From Candidatus Doudnabacteria bacterium RIFCSPHIGHO2_02_FULL_42_25 (lineage in GTDB: Bacteria; Patescibacteriota; Doudnabacteria; UBA920; O2-02-FULL-48-8): a stretch of DNA of 64,000 bases. The stretch covers positions 11,258-75,257 of the forward strand of contig MFEQ01000003.1 of the NCBI GenBank assembly GCA_001777665.1, read 5' to 3'. A program made the position numbers and the translations under genes. Under the pieces are notes generated by a model. It saw nothing but the letters and a program-made list of their open reading frames with translations. It did no database searches and had not been told where the DNA came from. Positions 39,026 to 47,797 of the stretch are shown piece by piece (position 1 is the stretch's first letter; each line of letters opens with the position of its first letter).

Positions 39026-41230
39026 ATGGCAAGAAAAAAACATCAAGAACAATTCGATTATTCCAATTTTAAAAGACCACAGTTAAACCTCAAACGAGAA
39101 ACCAGGCGGGGGGTGGCTGTGGTAGTTTTTATAGTTTTAGCGATTTTGTTCGCGCTTAGCCTAGCGAATTTAGCTGGTCCATTTGGCGGAATCGCTAATC
39201 AAGTTTTGAAATTAGCGTTTGGGTGGGTGGCTTATGTGACACCAATTATCTTTTTAATTGTCTCGATTGCATTGTTTCGGCAAGATCCTGATGAAGAATC
39301 GTCTACAGTTTCCACTCATGCATATGTAGGTGCAGTTTTGTTAACACTGACCCTGACTGGGTTTTTACATTTAATAGTCATTAGACCTGATATCACAGAA
39401 GCCTTTGATTTAGTAAAAGATGGCCGAGGAGGGGGATACTTAGGTGTACTGTCTTCTTACCCACTCATGAATTTTTTAGGGTTTATCGCCAGTCTGGTAA
39501 TTTTGTTAGCCGGAATAATTGTTTCGGTATTAGTCACATTTAATATTTCATTTACTAATTTATTTAAAAAGTCAGTAAGCAGTAAACAGGAAACAGTAAA
39601 CAAGGAACCCAGCAAACTCAAAATCAATAATGCGGGGAATATTGGGTTTACTAAAGAAGTAATTAGCGAACCAAACAAGGTTGCTTCGAGAGAAAAACAG
39701 GAAATCGAGATTAATGCTTTCGAAGATATCAAAGTTTCGAAAGTAAAAATGACTTCGACAATAGATAAGAATTGGAAGTTTCCCTCCATTGATTTATTGG
39801 AAGACGCGTCGAGTAAAGTTGATTCTGGTAATATCGAAACGAATGTCGCTGTTATTCAAAAAACTCTCAATGACTTCGGGATCGATGTCGAGATGGGTGA
39901 AGTCAATGTTGGACCAACAGTGACCCAATATACTTTCCGGCCAGCAGTTGGCGTCAAACTTTCGCAAATTGCCAGTCTACAAAATGATTTAGCACTGGCA
40001 TTGGCAGCACCTTCAGTGAGAATGGAACTGCCGATTCCGGGGAAAGCTTTGGTGGGTATTGAAATTCCGAACAAAACTAAAGCCGCAGTTCGCATCAAAG
40101 AAATTATTGGGCATCAAATGTTCATGGAACAGCCCTCGAAGTTGGCGTTTGCTTTGGGCCGCGATGTTGCTGGACATCCGATGATAGCCGAGTTGGGGCG
40201 CATGCCGCATTTGTTAATAGCTGGAGCGACTGGCAGTGGGAAATCCATTGCCATCAATACGCTTTTGATCAGTTTATTGTATCGATCAACTCCACAAGAA
40301 GTGAAATTTATTCTAATCGATCCCAAGCGAGTTGAATTGAATTTGTATAATGGATTGCCGCACTTATTAACTGGAGTAATTATTGATCACCAAAAAGCCG
40401 TAAATGCTCTGAAGTGGGCAGTAGCAGAAATGGATCGACGCTACAAACTTCTTTCGGAAGTTCATAAACGAAATATTGGTGAATATAATAATGCATCTGC
40501 CAGCAAACTACCCTATCTGGTAGTTATTGTAGATGAGTTAGCGGATTTGATGTCTGTGGCGCAAAATGATGTGGAAGCGGCAATCGTGCGGCTCGCCCAA
40601 ATGGCCAGAGCCGTGGGGATTCATTTGGTGGTCGCGACTCAACGTCCATCAGTGGATGTTATTACCGGATTGATCAAAGCCAACATCACGGCACGCATGG
40701 CATTCGCTGTCGCATCACAAGTTGATTCACGAACTATTCTAGATTCTGCAGGAGCGGAAAAACTTTTGGGCCAGGGAGATATGTTGTATGTCACTTCTGA
40801 ATTACCAAAGCCAAAACGTATTCAAGGAACCTATGTTGCTGAAAAAGAAATTAAGAAAGTTGTGGAGTTTATTAAAGGCCAAACCGGTTCGGTGATTTAT
40901 GACGAACAGATAACTGAAAAACCACAACGCGGTTCCAGTACTCCTGGATTTGATAATGGTGGTGATGATGAAGAAGATGAAATGTTTGCAGAAGCAGTGG
41001 AATTAGTCCGCCAAGCAGGTAAAGCATCGGCGTCATTACTACAAAGAAGATTACGACTTGGTTATGCCAGAGCTGCGCGCATATTAGACATCATGGAAGA
41101 TAAAGGAATCGTCGGCCCTGCCGAAGGTGCAAAGCCACGAGAAGTATATGGAGTTAGTGAAGGAGCTGTCGAAGCATCAACAGATCCTGAAGCTGAAGAG
41201 TTTGAAAAATCACAAAAAGGGCAATACTAG
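39026..41230 (+). CDS. ftsK: DNA translocase FtsK
   Basis: 4TM N-terminus, PHLLIAGATGSGKS, DELADLM, gamma domain SLLQRRLRLGYARAAR. Confidence 0.96.
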   Translation: MARKKHQEQFDYSNFKRPQLNLKRETRRGVAVVVFIVLAILFALSLANLAGPFGGIANQVLKLAFGWVAYVTPIIFLIVSIALFRQDPDEESSTVSTHAYVGAVLLTLTLTGFLHLIVIRPDITEAFDLVKDGRGGGYLGVLSSYPLMNFLGFIASLVILLAGIIVSVLVTFNISFTNLFKKSVSSKQETVNKEPSKLKINNAGNIGFTKEVISEPNKVASREKQEIEINAFEDIKVSKVKMTSTIDKNWKFPSIDLLEDASSKVDSGNIETNVAVIQKTLNDFGIDVEMGEVNVGPTVTQYTFRPAVGVKLSQIASLQNDLALALAAPSVRMELPIPGKALVGIEIPNKTKAAVRIKEIIGHQMFMEQPSKLAFALGRDVAGHPMIAELGRMPHLLIAGATGSGKSIAINTLLISLLYRSTPQEVKFILIDPKRVELNLYNGLPHLLTGVIIDHQKAVNALKWAVAEMDRRYKLLSEVHKRNIGEYNNASASKLPYLVVIVDELADLMSVAQNDVEAAIVRLAQMARAVGIHLVVATQRPSVDVITGLIKANITARMAFAVASQVDSRTILDSAGAEKLLGQGDMLYVTSELPKPKRIQGTYVAEKEIKKVVEFIKGQTGSVIYDEQITEKPQRGSSTPGFDNGGDDEEDEMFAEAVELVRQAGKASASLLQRRLRLGYARAARILDIMEDKGIVGPAEGAKPREVYGVSEGAVEASTDPEAEEFEKSQKGQY

Positions 41231-41524
41231 CTCGGAACGAAATTTTAGCGAACGTAAAAATCTGCAATTTGTTATGTACTTCAGAGTGGATTTTTACTCG
41301 CGTTGCGATTTTTGAGGAAATACGCAAAGCGTCCTAAAATTTGTTCCTCGCTTGACACCGCAAATTAGCGGGAGCATAATAAATATATAAATGAATAAAC
41401 AAAGGCGGTCGGAAGGCCGCTTTTATTTGTATGCCCGCCTCGTCTCGAGCTAAAGCTCGACGGCGAGATCGAGACGGGATATTATTTCTTTAATGGAAAT
41501 AGTTGGTGTCGGAGAAAGGTAAAA

Positions 41525-42538
41525 ATGTCAGAAAATCAAGAAAATAAGGGCGAAATCATTATTTATAAGGGACAAGATTCACCTCAAATACAGGTCAATC
41601 TTGTTGATGAGACTGTTTGGCTCACGCAAGCTCAAATGGCCGAGCTTTTTGATAAAGATGTTAATACTATTGGTGAGCATATTCAGAACGTCTATAAAAC
41701 CGCAGAACTAAGCCAAAATCGAACTACCCGGAAATTCCGGGTAGTTCAAACTGAAGGAAAAAGGGAGGTTAATCGTGAATTAGAGCATTATAACCTCGAT
41801 ATGATCATTTCCGTAGGGTATCGGGTGAACTCCAAGCGCGGGACACAGTTTAGAATTTGGGCGACTCAAAGACTTCGAGATTTCTTACTTAAGGGGTATC
41901 TGATCAACGAAAAACGACTTCAAGAGAACCAGCAATTAAAGTTGAAAGAGTTGCAACAGGCGATCACTCTGATGCAACAAGCTCTGGAAGTGAAACGTCT
42001 GGAAGGCTACGAAAAAGAATTACTTCACATCATTACTGATTACACCAATACTTGGATTACATTAAACGAGTTCGATAAAGGGGATTTGAAGTTAGATCAA
42101 GTTACGAAGAAAGTTGTAAAGCATCTGGATTATGATCAAGTTAAAAAATCAATTGAACGATTTAAGACTCGATTAATCAAAGATGACGAAGCTTCAGATT
42201 TGTTTGGTTCTGAAGTCGGAAAAAAGTTGGCACAGGTTTTAGGCAGCATCGGCCAAACTTATGGCGGTAAAGATCTGTATCCAAGCCTTGATGAAAAAGC
42301 TGCGCACATCTTATACTTTGCGGTGAAGGATCATCCGTTTGTCGATGGCAACAAAAGAATTGGTGCGTTGTTATTTTTACTTTTCTTAATCAACAATAAT
42401 TATTTGATTAACAAAAAAGGTGAGCGCAAAGTAAATGATACAGCACTGACTGTTTTGACTTTGCTCGTGGCAGCCAGCAAACCAGACCAAAAAGATGTTA
42501 TGATAAAGTTAATAGTCAATTTGATAAACAAGAAATAG
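41525..42538 (+). CDS. RhuM-family plus Fic/DOC fusion protein
   Basis: ETVWLTQAQMAELF, YNLDMIISVGYRVNS..TQFRIWA, HPFVDGNKR. Confidence 0.9.
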   Translation: MSENQENKGEIIIYKGQDSPQIQVNLVDETVWLTQAQMAELFDKDVNTIGEHIQNVYKTAELSQNRTTRKFRVVQTEGKREVNRELEHYNLDMIISVGYRVNSKRGTQFRIWATQRLRDFLLKGYLINEKRLQENQQLKLKELQQAITLMQQALEVKRLEGYEKELLHIITDYTNTWITLNEFDKGDLKLDQVTKKVVKHLDYDQVKKSIERFKTRLIKDDEASDLFGSEVGKKLAQVLGSIGQTYGGKDLYPSLDEKAAHILYFAVKDHPFVDGNKRIGALLFLLFLINNNYLINKKGERKVNDTALTVLTLLVAASKPDQKDVMIKLIVNLINKK

Positions 42539-42567
42539 TAATTAGTAAATAGTAAGCAGTAATCAGA

Positions 42568-43503
42568 ATGTCTGACCCCTTATTTAAAACCAAGCAAGTT
42601 AAGATTGATACTCTGGGTGAGTATTTGCAGCAAGTCCGGAAGCAACTGAATTTGGATATAAAGACTGTGAGTATCTTGGCTCAAATCAAACCTAACTATT
42701 TGGAGCTACTTGAAGCCGGGGCTTATTCGAAATTGCCCGCAGAAGTTTACATCCGTGGCTTTCTTAAAAGTTTAGCTGATTTTTATCACATCAAAGAACA
42801 AATGTTAATTGATCAGTATGAAAAAGAGCGAGGCGAGAATATCCAGCCAATTCCGATTTCGAAAATGGGAAAAAATAGTTGGCTGTCATTTACACCCCGT
42901 ACATTAATTGTTGGATCAAGTTTGTTGGTTGCCCTGATCGCGATAATTTATGTAGGCCTGGAAATTCGTTCAGTGCTGGCACCTCCCTATTTAAATTTGG
43001 AAGAGCCAGGTTCTGATGTCACCGTGGACGGTAATAGTGTGGTAGTGGCTGGAACTGGCGAAATAGGGGCGGCGGTATTTATCAACAACCAACCGGTGCT
43101 GATGGATCAAAATGGGAATTTTACAGAAACGTTACTTTTGAGCCCAGGGGTAAATATCATAGAGGTTACGGAGAAGAACAAGTTTGATAAGGTCAGTAAA
43201 ATCACCAGACAAGTCACTTCGCAAGCACTTCCAGAACAACCAGTTACTGCCCAAGATTTGAGTTTAATTGTGGAAATCGGTCCGAACAGTGCTTGGGTGA
43301 ATTTACAAGCTGATGGAGTATTGATCTACCGCGGCACCATGCTTCCAGGTTCGACGAAGTCAATAGCTGCGAAAAATGAAATTATTTTAACTTCCGCCAA
43401 TGCGGGGTCGACGAAAATTATCTACAACGGAAAGGATTTGGGATTAATGGGGCGGGAAGGTGAAGTTATTCGGAATGTTGAGTTTTCAAGTTCGGGTCAA
43501 TAG
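42568..43503 (+). CDS. RodZ-like protein (HTH, TM, Ig-like and DUF4115-like domains)
   Basis: TLGEYLQQVRK..LPAEVYIRGFLKS. Confidence 0.8.
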   Translation: MSDPLFKTKQVKIDTLGEYLQQVRKQLNLDIKTVSILAQIKPNYLELLEAGAYSKLPAEVYIRGFLKSLADFYHIKEQMLIDQYEKERGENIQPIPISKMGKNSWLSFTPRTLIVGSSLLVALIAIIYVGLEIRSVLAPPYLNLEEPGSDVTVDGNSVVVAGTGEIGAAVFINNQPVLMDQNGNFTETLLLSPGVNIIEVTEKNKFDKVSKITRQVTSQALPEQPVTAQDLSLIVEIGPNSAWVNLQADGVLIYRGTMLPGSTKSIAAKNEIILTSANAGSTKIIYNGKDLGLMGREGEVIRNVEFSSSGQ

Positions 43504-43558
43504 AATATAATTAACTCATGAGTTCATGAAACATGGATCATGAAACATATATAAATTT

Positions 43559-44608
43559 ATGGCTAAAGGTTCAAACAAAATTGATTCAAGTAATAAAAAC
43601 CTCGAAGAGACTCTTACTTCTATAAGAGATAAATTTGGGGAAGGTTCAATCATGACTTTGCAAAAAGCTAAGACTATGAATGTAGAAGTTGTTCCAACGG
43701 GTAGCATATCGTTGGACTTAGCTTTGGGTGCTGGTGGAATTCCTATAGGGAGAGTCATCGAAATCTTCGGGCCGGAAGCGTCTGGGAAAACAACGCTGGC
43801 CATGCACATAGTCGCTGAAGTTCAAAAGAAGGGTGGAGTGGCGGCGTTTGTGGATGCGGAACATGCGCTCGACCCGGATCGAGCCAAAGCGGTGGGAGTG
43901 AAAATTGATAAGCTTTTAATTTCCCAGCCAGACAACGGTGAGCAAGCGCTAGACATTGTGGAGGCATTAGTCCGATCCGGAACTGTGGATATCATCGTTG
44001 TGGATTCAGTGGCCGCGCTCACTCCTCGGGCAGAGATCGAGGGTGAGATGGGGGATTCTCATATGGGACTTCATGCCCGACTCATGAGTCAGGCACTCCG
44101 CAAGCTGACTGCGATTATTTCCAAGACCAATTGCACCGTAATTTTCATAAACCAGATCCGAATGAAGATCGGCGTAATGTTTGGCAACCCTGAAACAACT
44201 ACCGGTGGCCAAGCATTGAAGTTTTATTCTTCAGTTCGCATCGAAATTCGGAGATTGGCACAAATCAAACAGGGCGAATCGATAGTCGGCAGTCGAGTCA
44301 AAGTTAAAATTGTGAAAAATAAGGTTGGAGCACCTTTCAAATCCACGGAATTCGATATTATGTTCTCCGAAGGTGGTATTTCTCACACTGGTGACCTACT
44401 CGATACAGGTATAACCTACAAAGTGATTGAAAAAACTGGGAACACTTACAATTTTGGGGATAACAAACTCGGAGTGGGCAGGGAAAATGCTAAAACTTTC
44501 CTCAAAGAGAATCCAAAAGTTGCTCAAGAGATCGAAAAAGCTATCCGTCGCCAGGCCAAAGACGTAGACTTGGCCTTGGTCGACTCGAATCCAGCACCAG
44601 TTTTGTAA
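43559..44608 (+). CDS. recA: Recombinase RecA
   Basis: [37 protein letters not shown]. Confidence 0.98.
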   Translation: MAKGSNKIDSSNKNLEETLTSIRDKFGEGSIMTLQKAKTMNVEVVPTGSISLDLALGAGGIPIGRVIEIFGPEASGKTTLAMHIVAEVQKKGGVAAFVDAEHALDPDRAKAVGVKIDKLLISQPDNGEQALDIVEALVRSGTVDIIVVDSVAALTPRAEIEGEMGDSHMGLHARLMSQALRKLTAIISKTNCTVIFINQIRMKIGVMFGNPETTTGGQALKFYSSVRIEIRRLAQIKQGESIVGSRVKVKIVKNKVGAPFKSTEFDIMFSEGGISHTGDLLDTGITYKVIEKTGNTYNFGDNKLGVGRENAKTFLKENPKVAQEIEKAIRRQAKDVDLALVDSNPAPVL

Positions 44609-44626
44609 AAAAACTGGTGCTGGATT
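44588..44626 (+). terminator. Hairpin at the end of recA
   Basis: AATCCAGCACCAGTTTT / AAAACTGGTGCTGGATT. Confidence 0.7.
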
Positions 44627-44653
44627 GACAGCGCTTATTTTTTTTGCTATAAT
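44625..44653 (+). promoter_or_regulatory. Consensus sigma70 promoter
   Basis: TTGACA-17-TATAAT with extended -10 TG. Confidence 0.85.
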
Positions 44654-44659
44654 AGTTGT

Positions 44660-45208
44660 ATTGAAAGTCGGATTAGGGATTAGAACCTTGAAAACTGAAT
44701 AAACGAGGATAGCGGGGAAAGCCGAAGCCTTAAAAATCTGAAATATTTGAGTCTTTGACGTTCTTCACTATTCGTCATAGCTGTTCTAACCCAGCTGCTT
44801 GCAAAACAAAAATAAAAATCGTTTGAATAAAAAAATAAAACAAACATAAAACAAAAATTGTTAGGGTGATTTCGATCACCACAAGAACAGTGAAGAAATC
44901 TCTTATAGAGTGGTTAGATATATAAGCGTTCTTTTTCGGTTTTATCATCGTGATGTTTACCACTGCTTCAGGCTTTGGAGCTTGAAACTTTTGAACAAAA
45001 TTTTCAAAAGATAAATTTCAAGCCCCGGATCCTGTAAGCGGTGATAAGCTTGATGCTAAGGCCGCCTACAGGGCGGACTCGCTACAATATAAAATATTTA
45101 GAGCGGCATGTCCGCTCTGTAATCAACTAAACTTGTCCCGGACTTGATCCGGGATTACAGAGCACAGAAATATAAACACTTGAGCCTACAAAGAAGAAGG
45201 CTTTTTTT
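44660..45208 (+). ncRNA. Large (~550 nt) highly structured ncRNA of unknown family
   Basis: No credible ORF; many nested helices and two loop-docking interactions; own promoter, boxA-like motif and terminator. Confidence 0.7.
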
Positions 45209-45253
45209 GTTGCCCAAATTTTGGTATAATAAGATTAATTAATTTTTGAATAT

Positions 45254-45616
45254 ATGACCTCGAAGAGTTTAATTGAAGAGAATAAGAAAAAATTATTAGC
45301 TGAAGCAAAACGGTTGCGAGCGATTTTGAACAAAGAAGATATCAAAGATGGTCCCGGAGAATTTCCCGGTGAGTACAAACCGAAGTATGATGATGTCGGT
45401 CGTGAGGACGGCGAGAACGCAACTGAAGTAGAAAATTTTCAGAACCAACTTTCCGTGACGTACGATTTGGAAGCGAAACTGCAGAAAATAAAAATCGCAC
45501 TCGCAAGAATGGAAGATGGAAGTTATGGCACGTGTGCTGTTGGTGGTGAAGAGATCGAAGAAGAAAGATTGCGAGCCGAGCCATCAGCAGATACTTGTGT
45601 TGCTCATGCATTGTAG
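45254..45616 (+). CDS. DksA/TraR-family protein
   Basis: IKIALARMEDGSYGTC..EIEEERLRAEPSADTC. Confidence 0.88.
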   Translation: MTSKSLIEENKKKLLAEAKRLRAILNKEDIKDGPGEFPGEYKPKYDDVGREDGENATEVENFQNQLSVTYDLEAKLQKIKIALARMEDGSYGTCAVGGEEIEEERLRAEPSADTCVAHAL

Positions 45617-46009
45617 ATGATGCTGAAAAAAATATTATTTTTATTTTTAGTTGATCAAGTCACGAAATTAATTTTTGATTATCGTGAAGTAAAAAACTTT
45701 GGGTTGTCGTTTGCGATAAACTTAGGACCGATACCAAATTTGATTCTGGTAATTTTGGGCCTAAGTTTTTTCATTTATTATTATTGGCAACGCCGCGAAA
45801 AATTTACTTATGTCGGCGAGCTAACTTTTGTTTTTATTTTTGCCGGGGCGTTGTCTAATATTTTTGATCGAGCATACTTTGGTTACGTCAGAGATTTTAT
45901 GGATTTGGGCTGGGGTTTTACTTTTAATTTAGCTGACATATTTGTGGTGGTCGGATTGATTTTGTTTTTATATCTGCCTGATAAAGATAAGTATCAAAAT
46001 TTTGGCTGA
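45617..46009 (+). CDS. lspA: Signal peptidase II
   Basis: DQVTK, NFGLSF, GALSNIFDR..VRDF, FNLAD. Confidence 0.88.
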   Translation: MMLKKILFLFLVDQVTKLIFDYREVKNFGLSFAINLGPIPNLILVILGLSFFIYYYWQRREKFTYVGELTFVFIFAGALSNIFDRAYFGYVRDFMDLGWGFTFNLADIFVVVGLILFLYLPDKDKYQNFG

Positions 46010-46068
46010 AATGCCAATTGTGATTTTGGGAAGTAGGAGTAGTATGAAGTCGAAAGGGGGTGGGCATC

Positions 46069-46185
46069 ATGGAAAAATCACAAGGTCGGGGTTGGCATGG
46101 AGATTCTGAAGGCCATAGACGAGCAGGCAGACTAGGGGGTCGGGCAAGAGGCAAGAAAAGAGGGAGAACTAGCACAAGTCCTTAG
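46069..46185 (+). CDS. 38-aa Gly/Arg-rich peptide resembling KGG-type stress proteins
   Basis: MEKSQGRGWHGDSEGHRRAGRLGG; SD AAGGGGG; terminator at ~46197-46221. Confidence 0.6.
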   Translation: MEKSQGRGWHGDSEGHRRAGRLGGRARGKKRGRTSTSP

Positions 46186-46242
46186 GATTTCTTTAGAAAC
46201 CCCGCCTATTAGGCGGGGTTTTGCTAATGTTATAATTAGTTC

Positions 46243-47013
46243 ATGGCTAAAATTTTAGGAATTGATGTCGGGGGCACGAAAGTCGCGTCAGGAATAGTCA
46301 CCGATGGTTTGAACGTGGAAAATTTAGAGATAAATAAAACTTCACAAGTCGATTTGGTAGGCCAACTTCAAGATATCATACGCGATAAAGGTAGTTTTGA
46401 CGCGATTGGGCTCGCGATGCCGGGTCCTGTGCTTGCTGACGGGACAGTTATGAGGTTGCCCAATGTGCCGCAATTTCAGAAAAGTAATATTAAACAAATT
46501 TTAGAAAATCAATTCCATATTCCAGTGGCAGTCATGAATGATGCGAAGGCATTTGCTTTGGCGGAAAGTATAGTCGGGCAGGGCAAGGGTCATAATGTGG
46601 TGGCGGCTGCGGTCTTGGGTACAGGTATCGGAGTTGGGATCGTCATCAACAAACAAATTTATTTCGGGAAAGACGGAGTGGCTGGGGAACTTGAGCATGT
46701 GCAGTTGCTAGATGGGATGTTGTTTCGGGAGCACCGACATGCAGCAGGACCATTTGTAAAAGCAATTGATGCTAAAAAATATCTAAAGACTTTGTTGGAC
46801 ATGATCGTCCTTAGCTTCAATCCGGATATAATTGTTTTAAGTGGTGGCTGGTCGACACTGCCTGGAATGGAAGAGATGGCAAATGAGCTGACGAAAGGAG
46901 CTGGGAATTATGAGAGTCAAACTCCAGTTAAGATTTCTGAGCTAATGTATCCGTCTCTGATCGGAGCGGCTTTGATGGCCGAGCAAGGCCTGCCTGCCGG
47001 CAGGCAGGCTTGA
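46243..47013 (+). CDS. ROK family sugar kinase
   Basis: GIDVGGTK, NDAKAFALAE, LGTGIGVG, AGELEH. Confidence 0.9.
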   Translation: MAKILGIDVGGTKVASGIVTDGLNVENLEINKTSQVDLVGQLQDIIRDKGSFDAIGLAMPGPVLADGTVMRLPNVPQFQKSNIKQILENQFHIPVAVMNDAKAFALAESIVGQGKGHNVVAAAVLGTGIGVGIVINKQIYFGKDGVAGELEHVQLLDGMLFREHRHAAGPFVKAIDAKKYLKTLLDMIVLSFNPDIIVLSGGWSTLPGMEEMANELTKGAGNYESQTPVKISELMYPSLIGAALMAEQGLPAGRQA

Positions 47014-47047
47014 AGTAAAATCGAGTTAGCAATATAATAATATCCAC

Positions 47048-47122
47048 GCGCGTGTAGCTCAGCGGTAGAGCGATTGTCTTATACACAATTGGCCCCAGGT
47101 TCGAATCCTGGCACGCGCACCA
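47048..47122 (+). tRNA. tRNA-Ile(TAT)
   Basis: ATTGT-CTTATAC-ACAAT anticodon arm; ACCA end. Confidence 0.9.
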
Positions 47123-47129
47123 GTGAAGT

Positions 47130-47152
47130 AATACGAGGGTGACCCTCGTATT
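47130..47152. repeat. REP palindrome flanking RAYT
   Basis: AATACGAGGGT-G-ACCCTCGTATT. Confidence 0.8.
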
Positions 47153-47764
47153 TTAGAATCCTTCGAAGTCGAAGGTTTTTTTAATTTCTTCATTTCGGTT
47201 CTGATGACTCATGACAAAGTCTTCATAGTGGGTTGTTGAGTTTTCAAACCAACTTAGTAGTATAGAACGATCGCAAATCGATTCAGGCGAGATACCTAAA
47301 ATTTCTTGAAAACTAGAGTATTCATATGTTTTGACATTAGAGGGGTTATTGTGAATATATGCTGAGAGGTATGAGGCATATTCACTGGTATCCACTAACT
47401 TGGCCTTAAATCTATCTTGAAATAAATTTCCAATACGAGAATATTTTTTATTTATATAGCATACATAGCTCGTGCATAACTTAAGAATTAGTTTATCAAT
47501 ATTTATCAAAGTATTTTGTTTGATAAGAAAATGGAAATGATTAGGCATGAGACAATATGCTAATATAGTGAATGTTCCTGGTGCAAATGGCTGAATTCTA
47601 GATTTACTTGGAGGCAATACTAACTTACCAAGAATAATTCTAAGGCGTTTTAGAAATTGAGTATAATCTTGATCATCAAAAAATATAAGTTGTTTATTAA
47701 CCCCACGATTGAAAATGTGATAATAATTACCAGCGCTAAATAGTTTATAGTCTCTGTATTGCAT
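47153..47764 (-). mobile_element. REP-associated tyrosine transposase (RAYT, HUH/Y1)
   Basis: YYHIFNRG, AYCLMPNHFH, LFQDRFK, YIHNNP; flanked on both sides by the same palindrome. Confidence 0.88.
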
Positions 47765-47776
47765 AAAATAAAGGGA

Positions 47777-47794
47777 TACGAGGGTGACCCTCGT
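47777..47794. repeat. REP palindrome flanking RAYT
   Basis: TACGAGGGTGACCCTCGT. Confidence 0.8.
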
Positions 47795-47797
47795 GGA

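Noticed and set aside
43504-43558. LexA box upstream of recA
   Set aside because: The TCATGAAACA repeats fit the 7-8 nt microrepeat class and do not match the palindrome at the lexA promoter
44775-44963. 62-aa minus-strand ORF
   Set aside because: Arises from the A-rich linker and lies antisense to a promoter-terminator-bounded structured region
44660-45208. rRNA, RNase P RNA, tmRNA or group II intron identity for the large RNA
   Set aside because: No 16S/23S conserved blocks, no GAGGAAAGUCC, no tRNA-like ends or tag ORF, and no GUGYG start or domain V
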